The notes under the pieces are model-generated. The model saw only the letters and a list, made by a program, of their open reading frames with translations, had not been told where the DNA came from and did no database searches. Position numbers and translations under genes: made by a program. From Candidatus Liptonbacteria bacterium (GTDB lineage: Bacteria; Patescibacteriota; Minisyncoccia; UBA6257; 2-01-FULL-56-20), in the NCBI GenBank assembly GCA_023244895.1, contig JAHFLL010000001.1, positions 83,630-147,629 on the forward strand: a stretch of 64,000 bases of DNA, read 5' to 3'. This document shows positions 18,303 to 28,780 of the stretch, one piece after another (position 1 is the first letter of the stretch; each line of letters opens with the position of its first letter).

Positions 18303-19446
18303 GAATTTTTTGGAGAGAGATGCTCTGCTTGGCAGGAGGACTTGGATAGAAATAAGCAGATCTGCGGCAAAAAATAATTATCGTTCCTTCCGTAAACTGG
18401 TTGGTCCCAAGGTGGAGCTTTGGCCGGTCGTGAAGTCTAATGCCTATGGGCATGGTCTTTTTGTTTTTTCTAAACTAATGCAGGAATTCGGCGCGGATGG
18501 TCTCTGCGTGGATTCCGTACTAGAGGCGTTCGCGTTGCGGCGGGAGGGCATAAAAATACCAATTTTGGTTCTGGGTCCGACCTTGCCGGTCCTTTTTAAG
18601 AAAGCATCCCAGAAAAGTATTACGATAACGATTTCTAATTTTAATAACTTATCAGAGCTAGCCAAGACCAAAAATGCGCCATATTTTCACATCAAGATAG
18701 ACACGGGCATGCATCGCCAAGGTTTTTTCTCGGCGCAAATTCCTAGGGTTATAAGGACAATCAGTTCCAGCCCCACTTTAAAGAGAAAGCTACGGGGGAT
18801 TTATACCCATTTTGCTATGGCTACTGATAAGAACAACGTGGCATACACGCAAAAACAATTCAGCGACTTTGAGCTGGCCCGAAGCAAGTTCAGAAAAGCC
18901 GGCTTTAATAATTTAAGCGCGCATTGTTCCGCCTCGGGAGGTGCCTTGCTTCACGCAAGGTATCATTTGGATATGGCACGGGTCGGTAAGGGCCTATATG
19001 GATTTTTCCCCTCTAAGGAGCTGGAGAGACAATCCGCGCGAGTAAAACTTCAGCCAATCTTGGCATGGCGGACCGTCATAACGGAGATTAAAAACCTTAA
19101 ACCCGGAGATATGGTCGGTTATGACCTAACCGAAAAAATAAAAAGACGCACCCAGGCCGCCATTTTACCGGTCGGATACTGGCACGGTTTTCCAAGAGCT
19201 CTGTCTGGCGTAGGCGAAGTTCTGATAAGGGGTAAGCGCGCGCGGGTCTTAGGCAGAGTTTCTATGGATCTGTTGGTGGTGGATGTTACCGGAATAAAAT
19301 GCGCGATCGGAGACTTTGCGACTCTGATAGGCAAGAGCGGCAAGGAAGAGATCGGCGCGAAAGAGGTTGCTCAGAAAGCGGGCACCATAAGCTACGAAAT
19401 CTTAACGCGCCTTAATCCTTTAATAGAAAGGGTTATAATTAGATAA
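18277..19446 (+). CDS. alr: Alanine racemase
   Basis: VVKSNAYGHG PLP lysine motif, HIKIDTGMHR, GRVSMD; start position uncertain. Confidence 0.95.
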   Translation: MSARKSLVKNFLERDALLGRRTWIEISRSAAKNNYRSFRKLVGPKVELWPVVKSNAYGHGLFVFSKLMQEFGADGLCVDSVLEAFALRREGIKIPILVLGPTLPVLFKKASQKSITITISNFNNLSELAKTKNAPYFHIKIDTGMHRQGFFSAQIPRVIRTISSSPTLKRKLRGIYTHFAMATDKNNVAYTQKQFSDFELARSKFRKAGFNNLSAHCSASGGALLHARYHLDMARVGKGLYGFFPSKELERQSARVKLQPILAWRTVITEIKNLKPGDMVGYDLTEKIKRRTQAAILPVGYWHGFPRALSGVGEVLIRGKRARVLGRVSMDLLVVDVTGIKCAIGDFATLIGKSGKEEIGAKEVAQKAGTISYEILTRLNPLIERVIIR

Positions 19447-19455
19447 AATATATTT

Positions 19456-20316
19456 ATGAATTGGAGTATCAGAAAAACTCGCTCTCGGGGAGGGGGAGAA
19501 TCCTTGTCGGAGCGCAAGAATCAATCTTTGTCTGACCTGCAGAAAAAGAAATCTCGGCGCAAAAAAATTTTCTGGGCGGTGCTTTGGTTTCTATTTATCT
19601 TCACGGGGGCATGTCTGCTCGTGCACGGACTCATTTGGTCGTCTTGGTTTCAGATTAAGGAAGTAAACTACTTTGGGGTGGATCGCTCAAACGAGGAAGA
19701 AATTATGAATTACTTGGTCTCCGACATAGCCGGAGGGAGTTGGTTGCAAAGGGTATTAAGTTTTAAACATATCTTGGCCTGGCCCGCTCATGAGTCTTGG
19801 CAGAGACCCGTTTTTTTGCCAATCATTTCTAAAATAGAACTGGAACGCAACTTCTGGGATAGATCTTTAAACGTGACAGTTTCGGAATGGCAACCGCTTG
19901 GGATCTGGTGCTCCACGGGAGGGGACAAAGAAAAGTGCGGCTGGTTTAATAGCGACGGCTTGGTGATACAGAAGGCTCCGCTCGCGGAAGGCAGTTTAAT
20001 TCCGGTAGTGCGAGATGTCTCCGGGAAGGAGCTCAAGCTGGGTAAAAAAATCTTAGAGTCGGAAGAAAAAACAGCAAACCTACTTTCCGTTTTTAAGGTT
20101 CTGTTTGCGGAGCATATTCCAATCACGGAAGTACGTCTGGAGCGTAGCGCTACGGACGAGATAAAAGTTTTTCAGACGAACGGTCCGGAAATGTATTTTA
20201 GCTTGCGTTTTCCGGCCAACTTAACGCAGGGTCCAATTCACGCTTTGCGCGCGGAAGGCTGGGAAAATTTAACTTATTTGGATTTCAGGATAGAGAACAG
20301 AGTCTACTACAAATAG
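19456..20316 (+). CDS. FtsQ/DivIB-like cell division protein
   Basis: Basic N-terminus, one TM, POTRA-like region, C-terminal YLDFRIENRVYYK. Confidence 0.7.
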   Translation: MNWSIRKTRSRGGGESLSERKNQSLSDLQKKKSRRKKIFWAVLWFLFIFTGACLLVHGLIWSSWFQIKEVNYFGVDRSNEEEIMNYLVSDIAGGSWLQRVLSFKHILAWPAHESWQRPVFLPIISKIELERNFWDRSLNVTVSEWQPLGIWCSTGGDKEKCGWFNSDGLVIQKAPLAEGSLIPVVRDVSGKELKLGKKILESEEKTANLLSVFKVLFAEHIPITEVRLERSATDEIKVFQTNGPEMYFSLRFPANLTQGPIHALRAEGWENLTYLDFRIENRVYYK

Positions 20317-20447
20317 AAGTTAGTAGTTAGAAGTTAGAATCTAGAAAATAAGAGTCGCCGGCGAAGTGATAGAGAATGAAGTCGGTGGAGCGAAAACCAC
20401 GCCCCGCCTATTCTAATAACTTCTACTTTCTAAATTCCAGCTTCTGC
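20314..20447. repeat. Two convergent heptamer arrays following the stops of both flanking genes
   Basis: tagaagt tagtagt tagaagt tagaatc on plus; cagaagc tggaatt tagaaag tagaagt on minus. Confidence 0.7.
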
Positions 20448-20448
20448 T

Positions 20449-22434
20449 CTAGGGTAGGTGGTAAATAAACAAAGAAGTTCCCGCGCGTAGATCCCATTTG
20501 GGAATTGCGCCCATTCCAGAATCGGTGAGGGGGCGCTCGCTGGTTAGCCAGCGGTACTCATCTTCCGGTTTGCGCTCAAAATTATTTATGGTTGGCTGGA
20601 TAGAGCCTTGGATAGAGTTTGCCGCGAGCACCAGCCAATGTATGCCCTCCGCGCGCGGGTCACCCTTACTACTCCACCAACTTACCGCCTTATCTCCGAA
20701 GTAATATGGGATGTGGGATCCACCGAAATAATCAATCGCGAATTTATCAATTTGCTCGCCATGCTTTATGCCGGAACCGATAAATTGCTTACAGGAGCTA
20801 GGGCAACCCACACCCAAATTTGCATCACATTTAGTTTGCGCGCAGTGATTATATTCCACAATGACGTTCTTTAGCCGCAATAAATCTTGTCCCCAATCGT
20901 AGTTGGAATCGGTTACGTAGCGATAGCCGTTACTCGTCCCTCCCGCGACTGGGTTAAAATAGGAAAGGTAGCTGGGATAGGCGTAGGCAGTTTCAAGGCC
21001 GAACCAGACTATTAATATGGCAAGCACGTAGCGGGAGGTTTTGGCCGCGGGATGCGTTAGATGATGGCGTTGCCAACTGCTTGCAATCAGTAGGTATATG
21101 AAGGGTAGGGTTGGGAAAAGATGGCGGAAGCCTATATTGAGCGGGCTTCTTATGCTGTATAGCCAATATAGGACCACGAATAACAGAAGCGCGTTCTCCG
21201 TAAAGTTATTATCAATCCAAGCGAATATCTTGCGCCAGAAACCGGTATTTTGAGGCACTTCCTTACGAATATTTTTCATTCGCCAAATACCGAAAACCAC
21301 AGCGCCCAAAATCAGAAGTAAGACAGGCAAGGACTCTTTCATGAGATATACCAGCGGGAAGTAAGCATGCGAGCCAGAAGCGGAAACATGCCCCATAAAA
21401 TAATTATTATTCCCACCAGCGGAACGTTGCATGACCATTAACACTCCCAAAGAGTATTCCGCTAGCGGTCGGGTAATGCGATTACCGGACATCCAGATGG
21501 TCATATCCGCCAAGCAGCGCGTGGGTTGGCAAATTTTACCCGGGGGAGTAGGACCGTTCGCGAAGGAGCGCAAGGTGGAGGTCGTGTCCGTCACCTGTTC
21601 CTCAATTGGATAATTATAGGTAAATAGTCCATAGACAGGGTAGACCAGAAGAACAAATCCCGTGACGAACAAGATGACCGTCCGACCAAAATAAGAATAG
21701 GAAATGGAGAAAAATCTTTTCCAGGAGAATCCTTCCCCCTGCGCGATAGACAGATTTAGCACCTTCAAGATTATAAGTATGACGAAGTAGGGTAGGAGCA
21801 GTACCGCGGAGAACTTAGAGAGTTGCGCTAGGCCAAAGGCCAGTCCCGCGAAGAACACATTCTTGCCGGATGGATTGGCGAGAAAGTGCAAAAAAAAGTA
21901 GGTCGCGACCGCTATCCCAAGCGCCGCGGCGATGTCGGTTGTGACATAGTGCCCATGGCTCAGAAAATTCGGTGATAGGCCTATCAGAAATGTCGGCAGA
22001 AGGGCCCATTTACCGCCTACCATTTCTTTGCTCCAACGATAGATAAACCAGATGAGTAGTAGTGTCAGAAATATCGGACCCAAGCGTGCCAGAAAAATCA
22101 GGAGCGGGGAATTGTTGCCGGATTCAAAAATAAACATTCTGCCTAGATCCCACTGAGCATTTATCTCACTCGTCCACTTGGAGCTCTCGGTGGGAAACCG
22201 TGCGTCCATGAATAAGAGAGGTATTCCCGAAAGCGCTTTTAAGAGGGGCGGATGCTCCGGGTTCAGACGATAGTCCAAGTAGCGCACGTAACTATAGCCG
22301 GAAGGAATATGGGCCAGCTCGTCCATAGTAAGAGAGTCGGCACGGGCCAAGACGAGCATCACGCTCGCGGAGATTAATAAAATAGCTAAGAGCCCCCAGG
22401 CACTCCACTTTTCCAATATTTTATTCATATACAC
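20449..22434 (-). CDS. GT-C fold glycosyltransferase (ArnT/PMT-like)
   Basis: TMDELAH, NPEHPPL, TTD, KFS, DSNYDWGQDL; many TM helices. Confidence 0.85.
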   Translation of the reverse strand: MYMNKILEKWSAWGLLAILLISASVMLVLARADSLTMDELAHIPSGYSYVRYLDYRLNPEHPPLLKALSGIPLLFMDARFPTESSKWTSEINAQWDLGRMFIFESGNNSPLLIFLARLGPIFLTLLLIWFIYRWSKEMVGGKWALLPTFLIGLSPNFLSHGHYVTTDIAAALGIAVATYFFLHFLANPSGKNVFFAGLAFGLAQLSKFSAVLLLPYFVILIILKVLNLSIAQGEGFSWKRFFSISYSYFGRTVILFVTGFVLLVYPVYGLFTYNYPIEEQVTDTTSTLRSFANGPTPPGKICQPTRCLADMTIWMSGNRITRPLAEYSLGVLMVMQRSAGGNNNYFMGHVSASGSHAYFPLVYLMKESLPVLLLILGAVVFGIWRMKNIRKEVPQNTGFWRKIFAWIDNNFTENALLLFVVLYWLYSIRSPLNIGFRHLFPTLPFIYLLIASSWQRHHLTHPAAKTSRYVLAILIVWFGLETAYAYPSYLSYFNPVAGGTSNGYRYVTDSNYDWGQDLLRLKNVIVEYNHCAQTKCDANLGVGCPSSCKQFIGSGIKHGEQIDKFAIDYFGGSHIPYYFGDKAVSWWSSKGDPRAEGIHWLVLAANSIQGSIQPTINNFERKPEDEYRWLTSERPLTDSGMGAIPKWDLRAGTSLFIYHLP

Positions 22435-22567
22435 ATTATACTACTTTGATATTTTTGATTCCCTTTAGATTTCGCCTCTAAAAAGAAGTCCTCCGAAGCG
22501 CGTTTTATTTTGAGATAGGTATTTTTGCTCGCTTTTGATTGCGAAGGAGGGTAAAATTGGTAGCGTA

Positions 22568-24553
22568 ATGCCTAAAGTTCCACGCAAAAACATATCAAGG
22601 AGGATTTCCGATATTAGGATTGAAGGGGAAAATATTCCGGAACCGAGAATCCCCACCGTCCTTAAGAAGGAAAAACCAAGCGAGCCGGAAATTGTTGACA
22701 CCCAGCCTCCTAAATCAGAGGCTACGGAAAAGCACCTCTTGCCCGCGCCCCGCTTCAATCCCGTTTGGGCCTGGTTGGGAGCGGTTGTGATATTGTTGTC
22801 CGGTCTGTACGTTCTGTGGCCTAAAGAAAAAATTGTTCCCGCTACTATTCCGGAGGGCGACCCCTCCTATCTCGGCAATGAATCCAGCGATTGGCAGAAG
22901 TTCGCGTCTCTGACCAGCCAGCTGGGCGGCGCCTTTGGAAGCCTAACCGGCATGGCGGGCGGTACGATGGGTATATTAGAAGAGGTATCCTTGCTTCAGA
23001 AACAGGGCATATCCATGTTTCTATCCGGCAGAGGAGAGGAGCTGTTGTCTCGTTTGGATAAAATACGCGGTTATCTGGGCGGTATTTATGAAAAAGGCGA
23101 GTTTTGGGAAAAGGCGTCTAATCCTGTAGAGGGAGAAAATTTATCGGTTCGGCCCGGAGATATTCTCTCTTTGCATGTTGCCATAGGGCACGCGTATGAT
23201 TTTTTGAATAAATTAGTTCCCTGGTTGCGTGAGCCCAGCGAAAAGAGAGTCATAATTTTTTTGGAAAATCCGTCCGAACTGCGTCCGGGCGGGGGTTTCC
23301 TGGGCAGTTACGCGGAAATGACGGTGGTAAATGGCGCTCTTAAAAATCTTTCCGTGCACGACATAAATGAGCCGGATCGTAAGCTGGAACAAAAGACGGT
23401 TCCGCCCAAGCCCCTACAAATCATTATGACCAATTGGCGTGCCGCAGACACGAACTGGTTTTTTGACTTTTCAGATTCCGCGCGAAAAACACTTCAATTT
23501 TTAAGTTCGTCCGAAATGTATCGGGGTGTAAATTTAGATGGGGCAGTAGGCATTTCCGCCAAGGTAATAGAAGACTTATTAGAACTTACCGAACCGATAG
23601 GGCTGGCATCTAGCAGTATTGAGATAAGGCCGGATAATTTCCTTTATAAAATTCAGGGCGAGGTCCAAAAGGGCCAATCCGAGAGAGCGGAAGAGCCCAA
23701 AAAGATATTAGAAGATCTGACCCCGATCTTGCTCCAGAGGATATCCGACCTACCGGAAGAAGAAAAATCCCGATTAACCGGATTGGTCTTACGATGGATA
23801 GAAGATGGAGACATGCGCTTGTATTTCGCGAATCAGGACTTTGAGAGATTTGTAGAGGGGTTGGGCGCGGGTGGTCGGATGTATGAGGCGCCTCGGAATT
23901 GGAACGGGATTTATCTGGCTTTTGCTTCTGCTAACATAGGAGGGGGGAAGACGGATATTTTTATGGATCAGGAGGTCAAGATAGAAACCCAGATTAGTTC
24001 CGAAGGCTGGCTGAATGATCACATAGTCGTGACTCGCAAGCATACCGCGCAGGCGAGCGACCCTTGGTGGTACCGGGAGCCAAACCGCAGCTACTTCCAA
24101 ATATTTACTAATCCCACTACTAACTTGAGCTACGCGGACGGTGGGGCAGAACGAAAAATTACGCCCCGTATAAACTACCTGAAAGAGAAATACCAAACAG
24201 ACCCGGACGTGGACGCGCTCGACAAAACAGAAAAACAGTTGGACGACTATCCTTCCGTAAAAACATACTCTTATCGGGATAAAAAAATATTTTCCACCTG
24301 GCTTAGCGCGGAAGCAGGTAAGTCGGTTCAATTCACGGCGGATTTAAACCGGCGTGCGATAGCTTTACCGGAGGCGGGTATGGTCTATGAGTTTGTGCTG
24401 GAGAAACAATCCGGCAGTGAGGGCAGTTATTATTGGCAAATCTTAGCCCCGGTCGGATTCAAGTTCCGGGAAAATAACTTACCCATCTATGAATACAAAA
24501 CGGCGGATATGCCCGCGCGCTGGACAATTCGCCTGACTTTAGAGAAAATCTAA
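22568..24553 (+). CDS. DUF4012-like membrane-anchored protein
   Basis: ENPSELRPGGGFLGSY, DTNWFFDF, ANIGGGK. Confidence 0.75.
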   Translation: MPKVPRKNISRRISDIRIEGENIPEPRIPTVLKKEKPSEPEIVDTQPPKSEATEKHLLPAPRFNPVWAWLGAVVILLSGLYVLWPKEKIVPATIPEGDPSYLGNESSDWQKFASLTSQLGGAFGSLTGMAGGTMGILEEVSLLQKQGISMFLSGRGEELLSRLDKIRGYLGGIYEKGEFWEKASNPVEGENLSVRPGDILSLHVAIGHAYDFLNKLVPWLREPSEKRVIIFLENPSELRPGGGFLGSYAEMTVVNGALKNLSVHDINEPDRKLEQKTVPPKPLQIIMTNWRAADTNWFFDFSDSARKTLQFLSSSEMYRGVNLDGAVGISAKVIEDLLELTEPIGLASSSIEIRPDNFLYKIQGEVQKGQSERAEEPKKILEDLTPILLQRISDLPEEEKSRLTGLVLRWIEDGDMRLYFANQDFERFVEGLGAGGRMYEAPRNWNGIYLAFASANIGGGKTDIFMDQEVKIETQISSEGWLNDHIVVTRKHTAQASDPWWYREPNRSYFQIFTNPTTNLSYADGGAERKITPRINYLKEKYQTDPDVDALDKTEKQLDDYPSVKTYSYRDKKIFSTWLSAEAGKSVQFTADLNRRAIALPEAGMVYEFVLEKQSGSEGSYYWQILAPVGFKFRENNLPIYEYKTADMPARWTIRLTLEKI

Positions 24554-24591
24554 ACCCAAGCCAGCCTTAGCCGGGGTTAGTATAAATAGAT

Positions 24592-26388
24592 ATGAGCCAA
24601 AACAATATTCGCAACTTTGTAATTATTGCCCACGTAGATCATGGGAAGTCTACGCTGGCGGACCGGATGCTGGAAATCACCGGCACGGTGGAGGCGCGCA
24701 AAATGCGACCCCAATATTTGGACCAGCTGGAACTGGAGCGAGAGCGCGGTATTACCATTAAAATGGCTCCGGTTCGCATGAAGCATATTCTAGATGGCGA
24801 ACCATACACCTTGAATCTGATTGATACTCCTGGACACTCCGATTTTCAATACGAAGTTTCCCGCGCGCTTGCGGCAGTGGAAGGCGCAGTTTTATTGGTG
24901 GACGTGACTAAGGGCATCCAGGCGCAGACTCTTTCTAATTTGCGCCAGGCCCGAAAAAATAATTTGAAGATTATCGGAGCGGTTAACAAGGTTGATTTAC
25001 AGCCGGAGCGCGCGCCAAGGGTCTGCGCGGAACTGGCGGAGCTTCTAGATATTCCCAAAGAGGAGATACATATGATTTCCGGCAAGACCGGGGTGGGCGT
25101 GGAAGGTCTTTTGCGGGACGTGGTGCTGAGGGTTCCCGCGCCTCAATCTCCGCAGCCGGGAACTCCTGGGCGTAGCTTAACCTTTGATTCCTTCTATGAC
25201 GACCACAAGGGAATCTTGGCTTATGTGCGTATTATGGACGGCGAGATTAGGGCTGGCACGGAAGTGGAACTTATGGCGGGTGAGGCAAGGTGCAAAATAA
25301 AAGAAGTGGGTTGCTTCGCGCCGGAACTCAAAACCGTGCCGTCTCTTAGAGCGGGGGAGATCGGTTATCTGGCAACCGGGCTTAAAGAGCCATCTCTGGT
25401 TAAAATCGGAGACACGATTCTGGCTGACCCCGCCAAGCTTTCCAATAAAGAGAGTTTGCGTCTGCCGGGTTATCGGGAAGCCTCGCCGGTGGTGTTTATT
25501 TCTTTCTACCCGGACGGCGCGACGGAATTTGATGATTTGAAGCGCGGATTTGAGCGCCTGCATTTAACCGATTCCGCCTTGAACTTTGAGCCGGATGCGA
25601 ACGAGGCTCTGGGCCGGGGGCTTAAAGCTGGTTTTTTGGGCCAGCTTCATTTTGAAATTACGGCCAGTCGTCTGGAACGGGAATTCGGGTTGAAGTTTCT
25701 AACCAGTTTCCCGTCTATCGCTTATCGTGTGAAAGAAAAAGGGGAGTGGCGGGTGGTAAAAGACGCGCACCAGTTTCCGGATAACCCCGAAGAAGTTATG
25801 CAGCCAATGATTAAGGTGGAGATCGTGTCTCCCGCCATATATCTAAACGTAGTGGTCAGTTTACAGCAGGCTTACCAATTGGAGGTCGCGGAGATACATA
25901 CCGTGGGAGAAAGCGTTTTAATACACGGGCGAATGCCGCTTGCGGAACTGATTCGTGATTTTGATGACAAATTAAAATCTGTTTCCGCTGGCTACGCCTC
26001 TTTCAGTTACGAATTGGATACGGATGAACGGGCGGATGTGGAAAAGTTGGAAATATTAATCGCGGGCGAAGTCGCTTCCGCTTTAACGCGGGTGGTTTTT
26101 CGCAAAGACCTGGAGCGAGAGGGTCGTGCCACGGTTGAAAAGCTAAAGGACCTTTTGCCCCGCCAGCAATTCTCCCAGCCATTGCAGGCCAGTTCCGGAG
26201 GCAGAATTATAGCGCGCGAGACAATCCCGGCATTAAAGAAAAAGCTGGGAGATTTTGGTAAAAATGGCGGGGACCGCACTCGCAAGATGAAGCTTTGGAA
26301 AAAGCAGGAACGGGGCAAGGAACGCCTGCAAGAATCCGCCCACGTGGAGCTTTCCGTGGAGGTGTTTAGGGAGATATTAAAAAAATAG
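24592..26388 (+). CDS. lepA: Elongation factor 4
   Basis: IAHVDHGKSTLADR, ERERGITIK, DTPGHSDF, GGDRTRKMKL. Confidence 0.96.
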   Translation: MSQNNIRNFVIIAHVDHGKSTLADRMLEITGTVEARKMRPQYLDQLELERERGITIKMAPVRMKHILDGEPYTLNLIDTPGHSDFQYEVSRALAAVEGAVLLVDVTKGIQAQTLSNLRQARKNNLKIIGAVNKVDLQPERAPRVCAELAELLDIPKEEIHMISGKTGVGVEGLLRDVVLRVPAPQSPQPGTPGRSLTFDSFYDDHKGILAYVRIMDGEIRAGTEVELMAGEARCKIKEVGCFAPELKTVPSLRAGEIGYLATGLKEPSLVKIGDTILADPAKLSNKESLRLPGYREASPVVFISFYPDGATEFDDLKRGFERLHLTDSALNFEPDANEALGRGLKAGFLGQLHFEITASRLEREFGLKFLTSFPSIAYRVKEKGEWRVVKDAHQFPDNPEEVMQPMIKVEIVSPAIYLNVVVSLQQAYQLEVAEIHTVGESVLIHGRMPLAELIRDFDDKLKSVSAGYASFSYELDTDERADVEKLEILIAGEVASALTRVVFRKDLEREGRATVEKLKDLLPRQQFSQPLQASSGGRIIARETIPALKKKLGDFGKNGGDRTRKMKLWKKQERGKERLQESAHVELSVEVFREILKK

Positions 26389-26549
26389 TAAGTAGATGGT
26401 GGCGAGTAAGTGATAGGGGAAGACAGAAAGGGGCTCTGTGCTAACCCTACTCTGGGCTTGTGTTTTCAATAATTCATTGTATTATTCGGCCAGACTAAAA
26501 GCCTCGCTAGGGGCTTATGGCGTGAGCCATTTCATTGGGGGAGGTCGCC

Positions 26550-26831
26550 GTGGACGCTTTGAGTTATGTCTTGGTCGTCGTACTCGCTGGAGTGGTCATC
26601 TGGCTTGCGAATCGTCTGAGGGTACTGAAGAAGGAAAACGCGCAACTGAGCGCGAGTCTCGCGACGGCGCAGGCTGCTCTGCCGCCCGAAGGAACGGAGC
26701 AGTCTCTGCAGGGCATCACGTTTGACCTGCTGTGGGTTTGCCGAACATGCGGCTGGTTCGGTAGAAACAACGTGCTTTACAAGCACGTTCGGCGCGCGCA
26801 CGGAGTAGCAGGTCCACCCGAAGCTGCGTGA
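26550..26831 (+). CDS. Orphan protein: TM, coiled coil and C2H2-like zinc finger
   Basis: GGAGGT SD before GTG; CRTCGWFGRNNVLYKHVRRAH; hairpin aggccccc/gggggcct. Confidence 0.65.
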   Translation: MDALSYVLVVVLAGVVIWLANRLRVLKKENAQLSASLATAQAALPPEGTEQSLQGITFDLLWVCRTCGWFGRNNVLYKHVRRAHGVAGPPEAA

Positions 26832-26879
26832 GTACAAGTAGGCCCCCATGGCGAATCGCCCATCGGGGGCCTTTCGCTT

Positions 26880-26940
26880 TATGTTCTATGTTGCGTATTC
26901 TATACTCCATGTTGCGTATTTCCTGTTCCATATTTCTATT
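26880..26940. repeat. Heptamer array (TGTTCTA-like)
   Basis: tgttcta tgttgcg tattcta tactcca tgttgcg tatttcc tgttcca tatttct. Confidence 0.7.
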
Positions 26941-26959
26941 GTATTATTAGGTGAATGCT

Positions 26960-27253
26960 ATGCGTGTTTTTGTGATAATAATCCTCTCTCTTTTCTTGGT
27001 GTTTTTGGTCGGGCAGATATGGAATCACAACGCGCGCATAAAGTCTGTTCAAGCGGATTTAAACAAGCTAGAGAAAGATGTGTCGCAAGCCAAGAGCGAG
27101 TACAAAAAAATGGAAGATGACCTGGAGTATTACTCCGACCCGGTTAATTTAGAAAAAGAATTACGCGCGCGCTTCAACTATCGCGCCAAGGACGAGAAGA
27201 TGATAATCATAGTTCCAACTTCCAGCATAAAAATACAAAGCTCCACGCCTTAA
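26960..27253 (+). CDS. Septum formation initiator (FtsB/DivIC-like)
   Basis: TM, coiled coil, LEKELRARFNY..DEKMIIIV. Confidence 0.8.
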   Translation: MRVFVIIILSLFLVFLVGQIWNHNARIKSVQADLNKLEKDVSQAKSEYKKMEDDLEYYSDPVNLEKELRARFNYRAKDEKMIIIVPTSSIKIQSSTP

Positions 27254-27254
27254 C

Positions 27255-27851
27255 ATGAAAGAAAAGATAAAACACATAGCCAAAGAGTATAAGCTCAAGT
27301 TAATCCTCGGCGCTTTGGTTCTGGCGGTGATTCTGGGGATAGGGCTAGTCTCCTTAAATCGCTATCCGATTGTAACCGTAAACGGCAGCCCCATCAGCGC
27401 CAACCGTTTCTGGAGAAACTACAAGGGCGCGGTCAAGTATTACGAAGGCGCCAAGAAATCCATGTCGCCGGACCAGCTGCCGACAAGCACGCCTAGCTCT
27501 ATGGAGATGCAGGCGGAAGTTATGACTCAGCTTATAGAGGCAGAGCTGATTTCCCAGGGGGCGGAAAAAGAGATAGGCAAGGATTTGGATTTTCTGGTTC
27601 AAAATAAAATTTCTCGCTATGAGAATAATCAGTCTCTGGCGCAGGCAGCGGGTTCCCTGTACGGAATGACCTACCAGGAGTTTCAAGATGAGGTAATGAT
27701 CCCCCAGGCGGAAAAAGAGATTTTGGTTGGCCGTTTTTATATGAGCGGAGATAATTTTGAGGAATGGTTTAGGGAACTCAAAAAATCAGCCTCCGTTAAT
27801 ATTTTTTCCAAAGGCTTTCGCTGGGACGGGGAGAGGGTCCGCCCCAATTAG
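27255..27851 (+). CDS. SurA N-terminal domain / PrsA-like protein
   Basis: TM, IVTVNGSPIS, QLIEAELI, WFRELKKSASV. Confidence 0.7.
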   Translation: MKEKIKHIAKEYKLKLILGALVLAVILGIGLVSLNRYPIVTVNGSPISANRFWRNYKGAVKYYEGAKKSMSPDQLPTSTPSSMEMQAEVMTQLIEAELISQGAEKEIGKDLDFLVQNKISRYENNQSLAQAAGSLYGMTYQEFQDEVMIPQAEKEILVGRFYMSGDNFEEWFRELKKSASVNIFSKGFRWDGERVRPN

Positions 27852-27883
27852 AAGTCAGAATATAGAAGTTGGAATTTAGAATG

Positions 27884-27957
27884 TGGAGCGGGTGATGGGA
27901 ATCGGACCCACGCTTTAACCTTGGGAAGGTCACGTACTGCCACTATACTACACCCGC
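27884..27957 (-). tRNA. tRNA-Gly(CCC)
   Basis: gcgggtg/cacccgc acceptor stem, anticodon loop TTCCCAA, encoded CCA. Confidence 0.93.
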
Positions 27958-28076
27958 CTATTTGCTTACTTAAAATAACTTTTTGGCGGAAAATGGGCAA
28001 GTTCGGCGCGGCCTGAATTAAAAACAAAATGCTGCTCCGACTGGGAAAATGCCCATATTTTTGGTACATTTTGAGC

Positions 28077-28670
28077 ATGGAATTTCTACTGGGCAGGCAA
28101 CCGATAGAATTCAAGCCGGAGCATCTGCCGTTGCTCGTAAGCGGCCGAGATAAGTCTGGCGCATCATTCTTCTCGGTGAGTCTTGTCTCCACGCTGTTTC
28201 GGGCGGGGGAGAAGGCGCTTTTCTTCTCGCTCAAGCAGCCGGCCGTAGATGAGTTCCAAAAGCAATGCGCCGGGCCAGAGGAGCAGATATTCTGCGTTCA
28301 GGATATGGAAAAAATTTCTGAGCTATCGCAGTATCGGGCGGTTGTTGTAAAAAGCGGAGACAGCGAGATGTGCTCCGATTTGATTACAAGCTTGCCGGAC
28401 ATAAGCGAGCGGGTAATTTTTATAAAAAATTTCGAAGCAACCTTAAATCCGGTACTTTGGGATTTACTGGCAGATAATAACAAAGTGATTCTCTCCGGAG
28501 ACATAGACTTATCCCGATTAATGCCGGAGATTATCCGGAAAAAATACTCCACTAAAATATTGTTTTCCCAGCCGGATGCGGACTTGGGTATAAGTCTTCC
28601 AGAGCTGCCCAGATATAGTGGATACATGATCGGCAAGGCGGGGAAGGGAATTATTAGTATTGAGATGTAG
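28077..28670 (+). CDS. Hypothetical protein with degenerate P-loop-like fold
   Basis: LLVSGRDKSGASFFS; leaderless start after TACATT. Confidence 0.65.
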   Translation: MEFLLGRQPIEFKPEHLPLLVSGRDKSGASFFSVSLVSTLFRAGEKALFFSLKQPAVDEFQKQCAGPEEQIFCVQDMEKISELSQYRAVVVKSGDSEMCSDLITSLPDISERVIFIKNFEATLNPVLWDLLADNNKVILSGDIDLSRLMPEIIRKKYSTKILFSQPDADLGISLPELPRYSGYMIGKAGKGIISIEM

Positions 28671-28780
28671 CGCTCTGCGGAATTTTGGAATAGAGGTTTA
28701 AAAACTAAAATGCAAACGGCTCACCGGGACTAATTCCGGCGAGCCGTGCAGTTCGGGTCCGAGGCTGGCTTGTCGCTAGC

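Noticed and set aside
20314-20447. Heptamer arrays as a CRISPR array
   Set aside because: No 23-50 nt repeats with unique spacers and no cas genes
26716-27120. ORFs with periodic peptides (RNMEYRIRNIEH; FYVAYSILHVAYF)
   Set aside because: Translation artefacts of the heptamer array
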